Shown here: piece after piece, positions 49,250 through 61,300 of the stretch
Position numbering within the stretch: the first letter of the stretch is position 1
How the letters are laid out: the number at the start of each line of letters is the position of its first letter
NCBI GenBank assembly: GCA_002633005.1
Contig: NMRA01000139.1
Coordinates: 620,001 to 684,000, forward strand
Direction of reading: 5' to 3'
From: Phoronis australis
Taxonomy: Eukaryota; Animalia; Phoronida
DNA: 64,000 bases
Translations under genes and position numbers: made by a program
The notes under the pieces: generated by a model
Told to the model about the DNA's origin: nothing
Databases searched by the model: none
What the model saw: only the letters and a program-made list of their open reading frames with translations

Positions 49250-52200
49250 GGGGTCCGTTAGACCCCAAAAGTTCACACAGCTTTGTTATGTGTGCCAGTC
49301 CCCTGATAGTGAAACATGTAAAGCGGCATTTCCTAAGATTTTGCCTCATCTCTCGCCAGATGCTTACAGCGTCGCAGCACCAAACTTTTTCCGATGTTCA
49401 GTTTCCTGGTATTAAAACAGTAAAACCTTGTAACGAAATGAAACCTGGCTGGTTCGATAAATTGTTGTGATATGTAATTTATACAACACCGTGGAAGAGA
49501 AGGACAGCTGATTGAAGAACAATTTTAGCAGCAGAGTGAATGGTAGAGCCCCAATGTTTCAACGCCAGTAAATAAAATAGTTTACTCAAGGTTGAGTGTA
49601 TTTTTATTGACATTAATTTTGTGTCAGATTTTATTGGAACGGTTTTTGCTCACATCGGCTTAACGGCTGTATACTTGGTATACAGCGGCAGCAAGCTTGT
49701 ATTATGAACTTTTGAAAGCCGAGGTCGCACACGATTATACACAAGAAGAACAGTTCTAAAACCGAGAGGCCTTAACTCAAAGAGGTTTATGTAATTTATC
49801 TTATTGCCTTCACGTCAGAGGCACGTTAGCCAATAGGAATTAACACTGAAGAAAACAGTTTTTCACAAAAATGTGAAAGAATATGGTTTGTGACATAGAC
49901 TTTATTCATAAAATCAAATGCATGTTTTTGCATTTCAGAAACCTGATGATTTGGGTAAATACATGTATGCTCAAGTAATAAGTCGCGATAAATGAATGAC
50001 TAAACTGAAACCCAAAGTTAATTTAACATGATTCTTGTCATTAATGGATATTCTACGCATTTAAAAACACAAATCACATAGCAAATGTTTTATTACAATG
50101 GAATAATGAGGGATTTAAAAATAGCAATAGGCAAACTGAACATTTTGGGAAGATGGAAGAAGCCTTTTCGTACCAAATTATCCAAATTTTTCAAAACTTT
50201 TCGCCATTTTGAACTTGTGCTAGATAAGTATAGAACTATTTCAACTCCAAGTAGTAAACAGCATTTTAAAACAATCATGGAAAATATGACTGATCTTATT
50301 TCTTAAGCGCATGCGCAATAAAACAAAGCCAAGATTTTTTGCGGTGTACGTAATATCTAATTGCAACACATATGGAGATAAGATGAACGTTTTATAACGG
50401 GATTAAATATATATGTACAGTGTATTTGGTAAGGCTGCACGCTTTGCTCCAGAACTAACCCAAAGAACATCATGTGTTATGTTATTTGTACTTAGCTTAA
50501 AACGCGTTAATTAAATGAAACAGGGAGACAAAATTGGTCATCATCGACAAGGCATGGCTTTGTTATTGAATGGCTTCATCGAGGTGTGGGTTGTGAGGAA
50601 ACTTTCATGAAAGAATGCTTGGTGGTTGTGTACAAAAGTACAGAACAGCTCAAAGTTGGATGCCTATTCTTTTATCAAGTCTGATTTCTAGGTAGAAATA
50701 TAGTTGTCGCTACCATTACCATGTATTTGTCGCTACCATTACACGTATTTTTACTAGCTCAATGGAGGGAACAAGGCGTCCTAATCATATACTTAAACTT
50801 GAATGTGGCCGACATACACAGATTGATAGAGAGTTTCGCCTGTGTTCCTTCAATGTGGACAATCCTTTGAGTGGCGACGAGTAACATTTCCTTTGCCTCT
50901 GCAGTTTGTATTCTGAATTAAAGTCCTTCTCTCACGCGTTGTTAACCCTTATTACATGGTTAGAAGATGTTATAAGGATCCAAGAGGTACCTACCCCATA
51001 ACTAATACACGATCCGTACTCGAAAACAGTTTAAATGAACGCGCCACTCACGATTCGCATCCGAGGAAACACCGCCATTTTGAACTTGCCGCGAACCCGG
51101 AAGTACAATTCATTCAGGAACCCAGGCCGAGAAAACGCCGTCAGTGCGACTGGAGCAGTGCCTGTACTGTTACCAGCCAGCAAACGGGGATAAAAAAATC
51201 GACAGCGCGCCTTAATTTTGATAATATCAAACTACGGACAATTTTATGGAATTTGCTGATGAAATGTGCCGAATAAATTTTGACAGAAATTATTTTGCCA
51301 GACTCGGGACCGCAGCCTATCGGACCCGGTGCCTATCGAGACCAGACACTGTCGAACGGTAAATGCATGCGGTTGCAAGCTGTTTTGTCGATGTAAAATG
51401 GACAAATGATAAATGCTGCATATATTCAAGGGTAGTTTAAGACACTTGTATGAAATTACGGGCTGGTTAGTCCTGTGTCACACTGCCGCGGCAAACCTTA
51501 GTTAGCCTCAGTCACCAGCTACCAGTGAAGACTATAGTCAAAATACAGCTTCTTAGTAGGCCTATACAGCTTTGCGCCAAGACTACCCTTAGGCCTAACT
51601 GTTCGCTGGCCACAAACACAATAAACACAAAAATTGAACAAAGTTTCTTTTTTGTAGCAACGTTTGTCAAAATGTATCAACGTTAAATCTTCAAAAATTA
51701 CAAAGTAGCCGATTGAATATGCCTTTCAGTTCAGCAAAAGTCGACATTGTAGGTGCCGCCAGAAATGAGACGAAGTCTAACGGGAGTTGTGAGCACATTT
51801 ATCACTTAATGAGTAACAACTGCGAGGCTGAAATTTGATGAACACTGCTAAATCGTGCAGAATAGTAAGTAAAGATATGTCTAACTAAATTTCACCGTAA
51901 TTTGTTGGCGAAAACAATTTACACAAAGTTTTAAACTCGTAACTCATCCCGCTGTCCTCCAATATGGCCGGCGCGATCCAAACAAAGTGACCCAAATTTC
52001 GCCACAAAACTTGCAATAACTTTACAGTTCTTGCCCCGATTTTGATACTTTTTCGATTTTTACTTTTTCGATTTTTACTGAGTAGAATGTACTACCTTTC
52101 CGATGATAGCAAAGTACTTTTTCAAAACGAGGAAAAAAATAAAACCGAAAAAAAAAATGGTTCGACCCATATTGGTTCCTAGCTTCGACCCGCCTACGTA

Positions 52201-53314
52201 AGGAACTAAACACCAATGCTATATTAACATACTAAGTACGCGTAACATTCCAAAAAAAATCAACGACCACTAACTACAAACTATAAATACACTACATATG
52301 CAAACAAATCACGATATATTACTAATAAAGCAAAATAATGAAGACTTTTCGAGCAAGCCATAGCACATTCAGTTACAAGGAAAAATTGGCGGCGTTCAGG
52401 ACAAGTTCCTGAACTGATTAGCCGGAAATGTGTGTACGGAAATAACCGATGTCAACCGGTAATCATACGCTCAGAGAGAAGGGTCAAATACTGTTAAAAA
52501 AATCGCTTTTGGCAAGAAAGGCGAAAAGAATATAAAGAAAGGGTGTCGAAAATAAGAATTTATGTAGTAAGTATTTTCGGATACTGGAACCACATGGGCA
52601 GTTTGCAAGAAGGACTTTAAGGACAATGTTTCTTCGTGTTTGGCTTTGGTGTGTTTCGAATAAACCCGAATTTAATTAAGAAATTGTAGAATGGTTGCGA
52701 CCTACCACGGTTAAAAAGGCAAATATGTTTGTTACGCTACAGCTAGGAGGCAAAGATTGCTGGAAAATGATCACTGATTCTGTTAAGTAATTGAGTCTTA
52801 TTTATCCTCCATCATGAAAGATGTTAAATCAGAAATTTGGCTCCAAGATGTGGTAAATAACTTATATATTTCTATAGCTCTGGCCAAAACAAAGAACTCC
52901 AATAAAACTATTCAATCGAACAATCAACGCAAAAATGATTTTTTTCGCCCACAAGAAGACGATGAGCCAATAGCCGGCTGACAGAATTTATGTTGGATGT
53001 AAATTTGACTGCATTCGTTTTCTCGAAGCTTTTATTTAAGAATATGTGGGACCCCAAACAATTTTCGAAAATTAGCGAATTTCGGAATATATGATCTCGG
53101 AAACGGACGGTTGGATTTACATGTATTTTAAGTTTTCGATCATATATGTATGCCTTGTGCACTGTTCTGCGAACCACTGTTAAGAATGGATCTTAAATTT
53201 CTCCTCTTTATCCAAGATCACCTTTATTGTTTTCCAAGTTTTCCCACAAAGACACGGTCAGATTGGCAAAAAGTCAATGCTAAAAATTTGCATCAATTCT
53301 ACTCTGTTATTGTA

Positions 53315-55790
53315 ATATTTAAAATGAGGGTAGCCTCTTCAGTGATAGCACTGCTTTCCAAGAGGACCCTCAACAACAAAACAACAGTGAACTAATACAA
53401 TAAAGTAGTAGAACAATAGCGAAATACATGTAACAAAGATACGCTACAGATAATAAATAAATGACGAAGGATGGTGAAAATTTGATTGAGATGAAATAAA
53501 TAAAGAGATGATACGAAATAGCGAGACTATTTACAATAATGAAAAAAGACAGATAAGGAGTAAGAATTTATAAGTAAATTGACATTAATTTTGAAAGTAT
53601 TAATTGAGCCGGGCAGTTTAATTTCTGGGCTAAGAGAGATCCATATTGCAGCAGCAGCATAAATAAAATATCTCTTACCGGTCTCGGTTTAAATTTTTTA
53701 AAAGAAACATTACCAGCAACAGAAGAAAGTGTAGAGTATATAGCTCGACTTCTACTGAATATTCGGCTGAGATATACTGGAGCCAATAAGTGTGTCGCTG
53801 ATATCTCCACAAACCGGTAAACAGCAATCAATACGAGGCTGATTATTTTAATGGTAAAGTGTCTAAGGAAAGCTGACATTAAGAAATTTACCTAGACGTT
53901 TAAGTACAGAGATTTTCTTTGATAAGTTATTTGTGTGTGCATATCAAATTTAAGATTGGGGTCTAAAATAAGGCCCAAGTACTTAAATTTGTCAACACTC
54001 TCGCTAGGAGAACCGTTGATAGAAAGGGACAGTTTCTGTTGTTTTAATTTCTGGTGGGTTCCAAACAACATGGACTTGGTTTTATTAACGTTAAGAATGA
54101 CATTTTGAACCAGCCAATTATGGATGAGGGCTTGCTCATAGTTGAGAGAAGTTTGCACTTTTTTTACTGATCCAGCTGTGGACATAATTTCAGTATCGTC
54201 AGCATATAAAACTGGTACACTGTTGTGGAAGACAGTAGGGAGATCGTTAACAAAATAGTGAATAATAGAAGGCCCAGAATGGAACCCTGTGGTACGTCCG
54301 TGATATCGGTTAAGTAGTCAGAAAGAATACCACCGTATTTGGTGGCCTGTGTGAGGTCGTATAAGTAGTTTTTAAACCAAAGGAATTCGTTATTGTTAAC
54401 TGCATAGGACTCTAGTTTCTTTAATAGGATGCCATGGTTCACAGTTTCAAAGGATTTCTTACGGTCAACAAAATCAGCACCTGTAAGTCTCCCCTGATCA
54501 ATAGTGTTAAAGATAAACTAGGAAACGTGAATGTTTGTAGTCAGGTGTGGAATGCAAGGGTCTGAAACCAGACTGTGCTGTTCATAGAAGGACATTATCC
54601 TGCGTTTGTACACACCTTTCAAGAATTTTGGAGACTGCAGGGAGGACCAATATTGGTCTATAATTAGCGCAACTGGATCTTTCACGGTCTTTAAAACAGG
54701 AGTGACGACCACCATCTTCCATTCATTAGGTATTGTGGCCGTTTTTAAACTCAAACTTATTACATTGGCAAGGCACAGCTATTTGCTGAGACGCCAGTTT
54801 TAACAGTTTGGCATTAATGCTGTCGAAGCCACTGTCACTACTGGAGATCAGAGTTTACATTTGTTCTCGGACATAGTTAACTTGAATGTCCTGAAACGTG
54901 AATGATATTACCTCCTGTACCTTGGGCGGGAGCTCAAAATCCACATATTGAATTTTTCTACAAGTTTTTGGTCATTTCCAGCAAAAACGTCATCAAATGC
55001 ATTTGCTATTTTATAATTGTCCGAAACAACATTGTCACCAATTAGTAATTCATTCCGGACACACATGGACTTGTTAGGTAAAATTGATTTGATGATTTTC
55101 CATAGTTTTCCGTTAGAATTTTTTTCAGTAATAACTTGGTCGTAATACTCAGCGTTATCCCGTTTAAAAGGATTGTTTACCTCATTTCTGGCTTTTTATA
55201 CAGATACCCCAGTCAGATAAGTTCCGGGTACGCTGAGCTATTCGCTACAGGTAGTCTATCTTGCGAGTGAGCAGCAATGAATGAGATTATCTTTATACCA
55301 CTCGGGTGATTAGTCCTTTAATTTCAATTGGACTTGGGGGGCAGGATTATTAATTACGCCGATGAAACTTTGCTTGAAAGTAGACCAAGCGACATCGGGG
55401 TCACCAGCGGTGGTAACGGCTCCCCAATCAATCGTGTTTGAGAAAGTCTTCGTTATCGAAAGAACGATATGAACGCTTGCTAATGATACGTTGCTGATAC
55501 ATAGGGCGACAAGTCTTACAAGTTGTGACTACAAGATTATGATCACTAATCCCAATGGGTATACTATCAAAACTTTGTCAACGTTTGATACAAACATAAG
55601 GTCTAGGCATGTGGAAGTTTTGCCGGTAATCCTTGTGGGCATGTTGGTAATAGTTTGAATACCCAAGTCTCGCTCAATTGCCTTGATTTTACCCAATGTC
55701 TTCTTACACAATGCATCATAATTAAAATTACCAGCAACAATATAATTTTTGCTAGTGTGACCTTCGTTATGAACGATATTTTTAAAGGTT
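53315..55790 (-). mobile_element. Decayed non-LTR retrotransposon (CR1/L2-like LINE), 5'-truncated and frameshifted
   Basis: Minus-strand fragments: endonuclease end (PTRITGKTSTCLDLMFVSN), IPNEWKMVVVTPVLK, NHGILLKKL, VPQGSILGLLLF, LYADDT (~54190-54210), LNVNKTKSMLF, FKYLGLILDPNLKF. A 3' stem-loop lies at 53326-53371. Confidence 0.9.
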
Positions 55791-57878
55791 CAGTCAGTTT
55801 TTAGAAAATTTTAAGATCATTTTATCAGTTTTAACTGGTTTTAAAAAATAGTTTTGAAGATAAGTGGATAAATACGCAGAATTGCTAATTTCTCAGAAGC
55901 CAAAAAGTCTATTACTCGATGTCATAAAATAGAGTAGTTTAAAAAGAATGGAGGGGTACTTGCTGCCAAAATGAAGACCGCGGAGATTTCCTGAAAAGTC
56001 TTGGACGGATGATATATCTGGTGTTCGAAGGAAAGTCTAATGCCTGGGAGATGGTCCCTTGCATATTTATAGAAAACTTATGGAGTTCAAGAAAGACTTC
56101 TCCAAAAGCTGACATTTTTAGCAATCCATGTTCAAAGCAAAACTGATAATTTCACGTGATTATAAACCAGTGTGCAACTAAAGAGTTTCCATGCTTTTAT
56201 GGAATATTGTTAGTTAATGAGGCACGAAAGGACGACACGAAGATTGATGATTACCTTTAGTTACCGATTTCTATCTACATGTACTTAGATACAAGTGAAT
56301 GAGTGAACCTTGCTGTATTATCACTACATGAGTAAAACAGGATATACATACATAATATCACTATTGAAACTTCCAGACGTAACGCTTTACAATAAATTAT
56401 TGGAATAGCCTCTAAAGATAACTTGCAAAAATACAATTAAGCACGACTTAACAATTTAGTGACTGGTAAATATTATCGTCGAGGACTTGGAATGCATTCA
56501 ACCACATACTGTATGTTTGCAGGTAGTATATACCGTATATGATATTCATTATAGATTTGATTTTCGACTGATGATTTTCATGCCAAAAAACTACCATCGG
56601 CAAATCATATCGCACGGCTAGAAATGCATTTTTGTTTAGTTCTGGATTAAAACCGATGTCAAAACGTCAGTTTTACGTATCTTTGACATATTTCAAGTCA
56701 TTAAATTTAATAACGTTAGGCATTCATTTGCAAGTCTTAACTGAAATTTTGCAACTTTATATACATTGTGCCTCGTGCCAAATTGGAATCGATCAAATAT
56801 TTACCTTGTGTAATACAACAAATGTTTTAAACACTTAAAACTAACATTAAACACTTGCCACCTACCTTTTGATAGAAAAATGAAAAAAAATCCAACATTG
56901 TAAAGTTTTAAAAGTGAGATCATGGTTGCATTTCAGTTTGATGTCTTCTAAACTCAACAGTGACGACCCGTTTTCTATTGGCGATTCAACAACCCAACAC
57001 CGCAGCAAACTGTTTCCTTGCACTTCATCCCACCAAAGTGGTGGTTATATTTACCACAACTAGCACAAATATATGAGCCTTTTTAGCAGCTGGCGACTGA
57101 ACGCCACTTTGGGGTGATTGATCGTTGCCACGAATGCAAGGGATAGGAGAAAGAATGCAACATCTTCCGAAAATTCATGTATATGTCGAGTTCAGTATAG
57201 TATAGGGCGGCCGATGTGCTCCGCTGCAAAAGTCATTTTATGACGGGCTTACACTATTATTTCTCCACTGCTTTGCATTAAAATTTCCCCGAACTGTTGC
57301 TGGGAAACAAGTAACGAAGTTGCCATCGCCCAACATACTTGAAGCTGTTGTTACCAAAGAGCGATTAAAATGAAAAGCAATTGCATCTTACAGTTATAAA
57401 ACACGTTAGTTGATATCCAACCAAATACAGATTTTACCAAAGTTTGGGACAATTGCTTAACTGCACACTTCGCCCGTTGCCGCAATGTACACTACACTTT
57501 GCGGAACACGGCAGTATGTGCAGTTGCTGCAGTTTGTCGTCTAACAGCGTTGTCACATGCTAACAGTTCTGTGTAAGACTAGAGGTGTGAAAATAGCCAA
57601 TAGGTGTTTAACAGTTGTTAGTTTACACAGTCGAAGAATCTGAGAGTAGCAACAAGATTAAACAGTGAATAACAATTCGAAAAGCCGAGGTGAATACCGA
57701 GAAAACTGTGTCTGGTTTGATAAAAGGATTAGAAAGTTCTGACAAAATCCAAATACCCATCCATCATTTAGGTCGAGATCGTGAGCCATGCATATACTGT
57801 TAGAAATAATTTTGAATCACTTGAAGAAAACAAAAATCACGGAGTACAGTTCATACATTAACCACGACAAACATTTAC

Positions 57879-58322
57879 TTAAAGATACAGTGTTGGACAA
57901 GAACAAAGTAACCCAACAGTGCTTGCCACGGTCAAGAGACTGAACATTATAAGCAAAAACCGGTCGATGACCATGGCAGCCCATTTCCAGTCGTCGGAAA
58001 TGGCGTCCGATTCGTCAGTTTCTCGCAAGCGACCCGTGATTATTTGCAGCTCCCGCAATATGGCACGCAACTCACAAGACATCTGCGCCGTCTGCTGCTC
58101 ACTAGAATGATTTTGGTCATACATGTTATCACTATCGTTAAAAAGGTCACCATTTTCGTCGGCTTCAGTAACAAAGGTAAGTTTCTTGGTGTTGTCAACG
58201 AGTAATACTTTTCGCTGTCTGTCTTTTCGTCTGTTTTTGCCAGTGCCTTTTAAATGGGAATCGTGGCCTGGTCTTTTCATGCAAACCACCCAAGCTAGCC
58301 AATTACATACTCCTTGTTTTAC
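57879..58322 (-). CDS. Gene C terminal exon (intracellular loop, TM4)
   Basis: ttgcag|GTAAAA; within ORF 57879..58430; DWKWAAMVIDRFLL. Confidence 0.93.
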   Translation of the reverse strand, partial: VKQGVCNWLAWVVCMKRPGHDSHLKGTGKNRRKDRQRKVLLVDNTKKLTFVTEADENGDLFNDSDNMYDQNHSSEQQTAQMSCELRAILRELQIITGRLRETDESDAISDDWKWAAMVIDRFLLIMFSLLTVASTVGLLCSCPTLYL

Positions 58323-61300
58323 CTGCAATATAAGATTTAGAATTTTTAAAGTGTGGGTCTTGGTTGATGGAAAAGTGTGAGTTTCGGTTTGGAAGTGCTT
58401 CCTATTCTCTTTGAAAACGATAGTCTCCACGTGATGAAATTGTTAAAACACAGTAAAGACAACTTGGATGTCCCAACTACATTTCTTTATTTGCTCCGAG
58501 ACAAGTGTGTTAGCGTGGCATCACGTGAGCGGAGCCGTACACTAACTCTAAACCCACTCAAATTACTAGCCACGTGTATCAATGCTTGTAAATTTAGAAA
58601 CTTAAAGGGGATAGCAACCGTTTTCGATGCCTCCTTCAATAAAATTACGGACCTTTAATTATCTTGGAGAGGCATTTCGCAATAATTTCTAATCTCCTGG
58701 CGGCACTCTCCATACTGCCCATGTAACAATAAAGACTGACGTAAACGACCATGCATGCGAAAGGCTTGCATCCTTGTCCAGCATTCACTTCCACTGGGCA
58801 CACCCGAATAACTGACTCTGATGGTGTTCGATAGCGAGTCGGACATCGTAGGATTGGATACATAAAGAACGTGCGAGTGCTTTTTTCTGATTCCTTTGTG
58901 CCAGTTTCTGTTCTTGCACGGACAACATGAATAGTAAACACAGTCTGGTAACGGGACTATAATTAATGCGAAACATGTCTTTTCAAATTAACCGGGTTTT
59001 TTAACTTTAAACAGTAACATCGTTTGCGCCACTTTCTATCGTTACACGGAGTGTAAAGAAATTCTAGGGCAATGCGATTATACGCGGATAAATGCGACAA
59101 CCATCAAGTTGTATTTGCAGTAAAGATTACACAAAAAACAGATTTTCTTACCCAACGAGGCATGTCATGGGTGGACGAATTCCGATGATGGAAGTTTAGG
59201 ACAAATATCGCGAACACGACAGTTAAGGCGCAGAGTAAAACGACAGCACCGAAGTATATGGCTGGAAGAGACGGATTTCTATCATTGATAGTGCCACGTC
59301 ACCTACACGTGCTAAATCTCGACAAAATCTGAACGGGTGATGCACCACTCACTGTGTCAACATCTCAACAAAAGGCAAACAAGCAAGACCATTCCCAAAA
59401 AAACAACTTTAGCTAGGCACATCTCCATGAGAGCACGTTTCGGTAAGTTATGATGCCATCCACCCGTTCCGTGATAATGTCAATTCCCATTTGATACTAC
59501 CAAAAATAAAAAGTTTAACACTGTTTGTGGAACAGTTTGAATGTGCTTGATTATCGATAGATACTCTATAGTTCTCAATAACTTAATAATATACACTCCT
59601 ACATGTACAGTCGCCTGCTACTAAAATCAGTTTACCAGGAACAGGAACTTTTCATCGTTAGTTTTCAGTATGTCGTTGATCTTCATTGTACAAACGCCGA
59701 GCGCATCGTATTCCATCTTCACGGTTTCGATCGAACAAGTGTTTGTAGAGCAGAGATGGCAGACTGTTTTTGCGTTTTGCATTCTCCATGATTGGTTGGA
59801 ATTATTGTCTTAATTTGCGTGCCGGAACTATCTATTGCATGCTGAGGTGACGAACATCAACCTATCCTAGTCGCGTACATGTATATTGTTTTGCAAATAT
59901 GTTGCTCACCATATATTCCTAAATGCGGTAAATCATTCCCCCGCTTTGCCGTAAATGGTGCTATTTTTTCTGCGTATTAACGATAATGACCTCACTAGAA
60001 TATTTTGAAGTTAACTATTATCTTTCCGTAACGCTCGCTAGTAAAACTCTGGCGAGATAATGCGTGTAACTTGTAAAAGATGGCGTTACATACACTCTAC
60101 ATAGCCACGAGTTTTGCGATTTCTTCGTCAAACTCGATAGAAGTCAGACCTTAGAGAAGGCTGAATATATAGAGTTGCTTCGTTGAAAAAATTCCAGGAG
60201 ACAGCAATTATCGGGGCTGTAAATGCAAATCTTTCTATCGTCGTTCTACAAACAACGAGTTTTGTTTCTAAGTCTTTGCAAGATAATACCTACATAAAAG
60301 GGGAATACTTACACAAAAGTGGCACAGCATCTGAAGTGGAGGGCAGACTGTCAGATACCACCATCATGAACACCGTATACGCCAACAGGATGGTAACTCC
60401 TGTGTGAATTCATATGTAGAGTCAACCATTTACCTTTATTGGTCTACCAGCCAGAGCGAGTACATAACACGCAGGCTACCACCCAGGCCCAGACAGAGTA
60501 AAACAAGAATCGCCCTTGATCTCCATTTCATGAAAGGCTTGTTTAACGTCTTTACAAATATCCCAATGTGCATAAATATGTATCTACGAATTGTATGGAT
60601 GGTATTCATTGTATTATATTTTTATCGTTATCGATCGGTTAATTTGAACGGAAACGCACATCTTCAACATTGACAGCGTATGATCTTTTGATATGTTAAC
60701 GAACACTTATAATCAATGCCCCTCTCTAGAACAAGTAGTCGTTCAGTCAATTTTCCTGAAATTACACAGGAACAATGTCTCACCAAAAGAAATCTTCTCG
60801 CCGGCATCAGGCGGTATGGTGAAAGTCAGAAGTGTCATTCCAGACAAGAGAACTGCCGGGATGATCAAGTTGACTAGGTAGTACAGTTTCCGTCTCATTA
60901 GGATGAACTTGAATTTAAGATCGATGTACGGAGCATTTGGACAACAATCATAAAACTCGACATTTCTGTGAGCAGGCATATCTGAAATGGAAACGAAAAG
61001 TCGTAGAACTGTCTTTGAAACAATCACCTCGTCACCCAATATGCAGCATAGACTGGCGATGTGAAGGACGGACCCGAAATCATGAAGGGAAGCTTAAAAA
61101 TGGGAAGAACGACAGGACCAGAATAGTTCCTTGAAAAAGTTGAGTTGTTGAAATTCAGCTATGGAAGCGCTTTCAAAACCTTTTAACCCTGAAGTGTGGT
61201 ATTGCCTCTGCCTTCAATTGCCGTGAGGTAACACAACTTATGCCGCGGATACTTGTTCTGGGGAGTCCATCTACTGTGTGGAGTTCATACAAGAGTGAGA

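Noticed and set aside
46540-50278. Candidate first exons for gene B (MRVEVKSWWRS at 46573; MIVLKCCLLLG at 50278; MFSLPIAIF at ~50140)
   Set aside because: The first is phase-compatible but not hydrophobic and lies in the tRNA-like repeat. The others lack a credible phase-1 donor.
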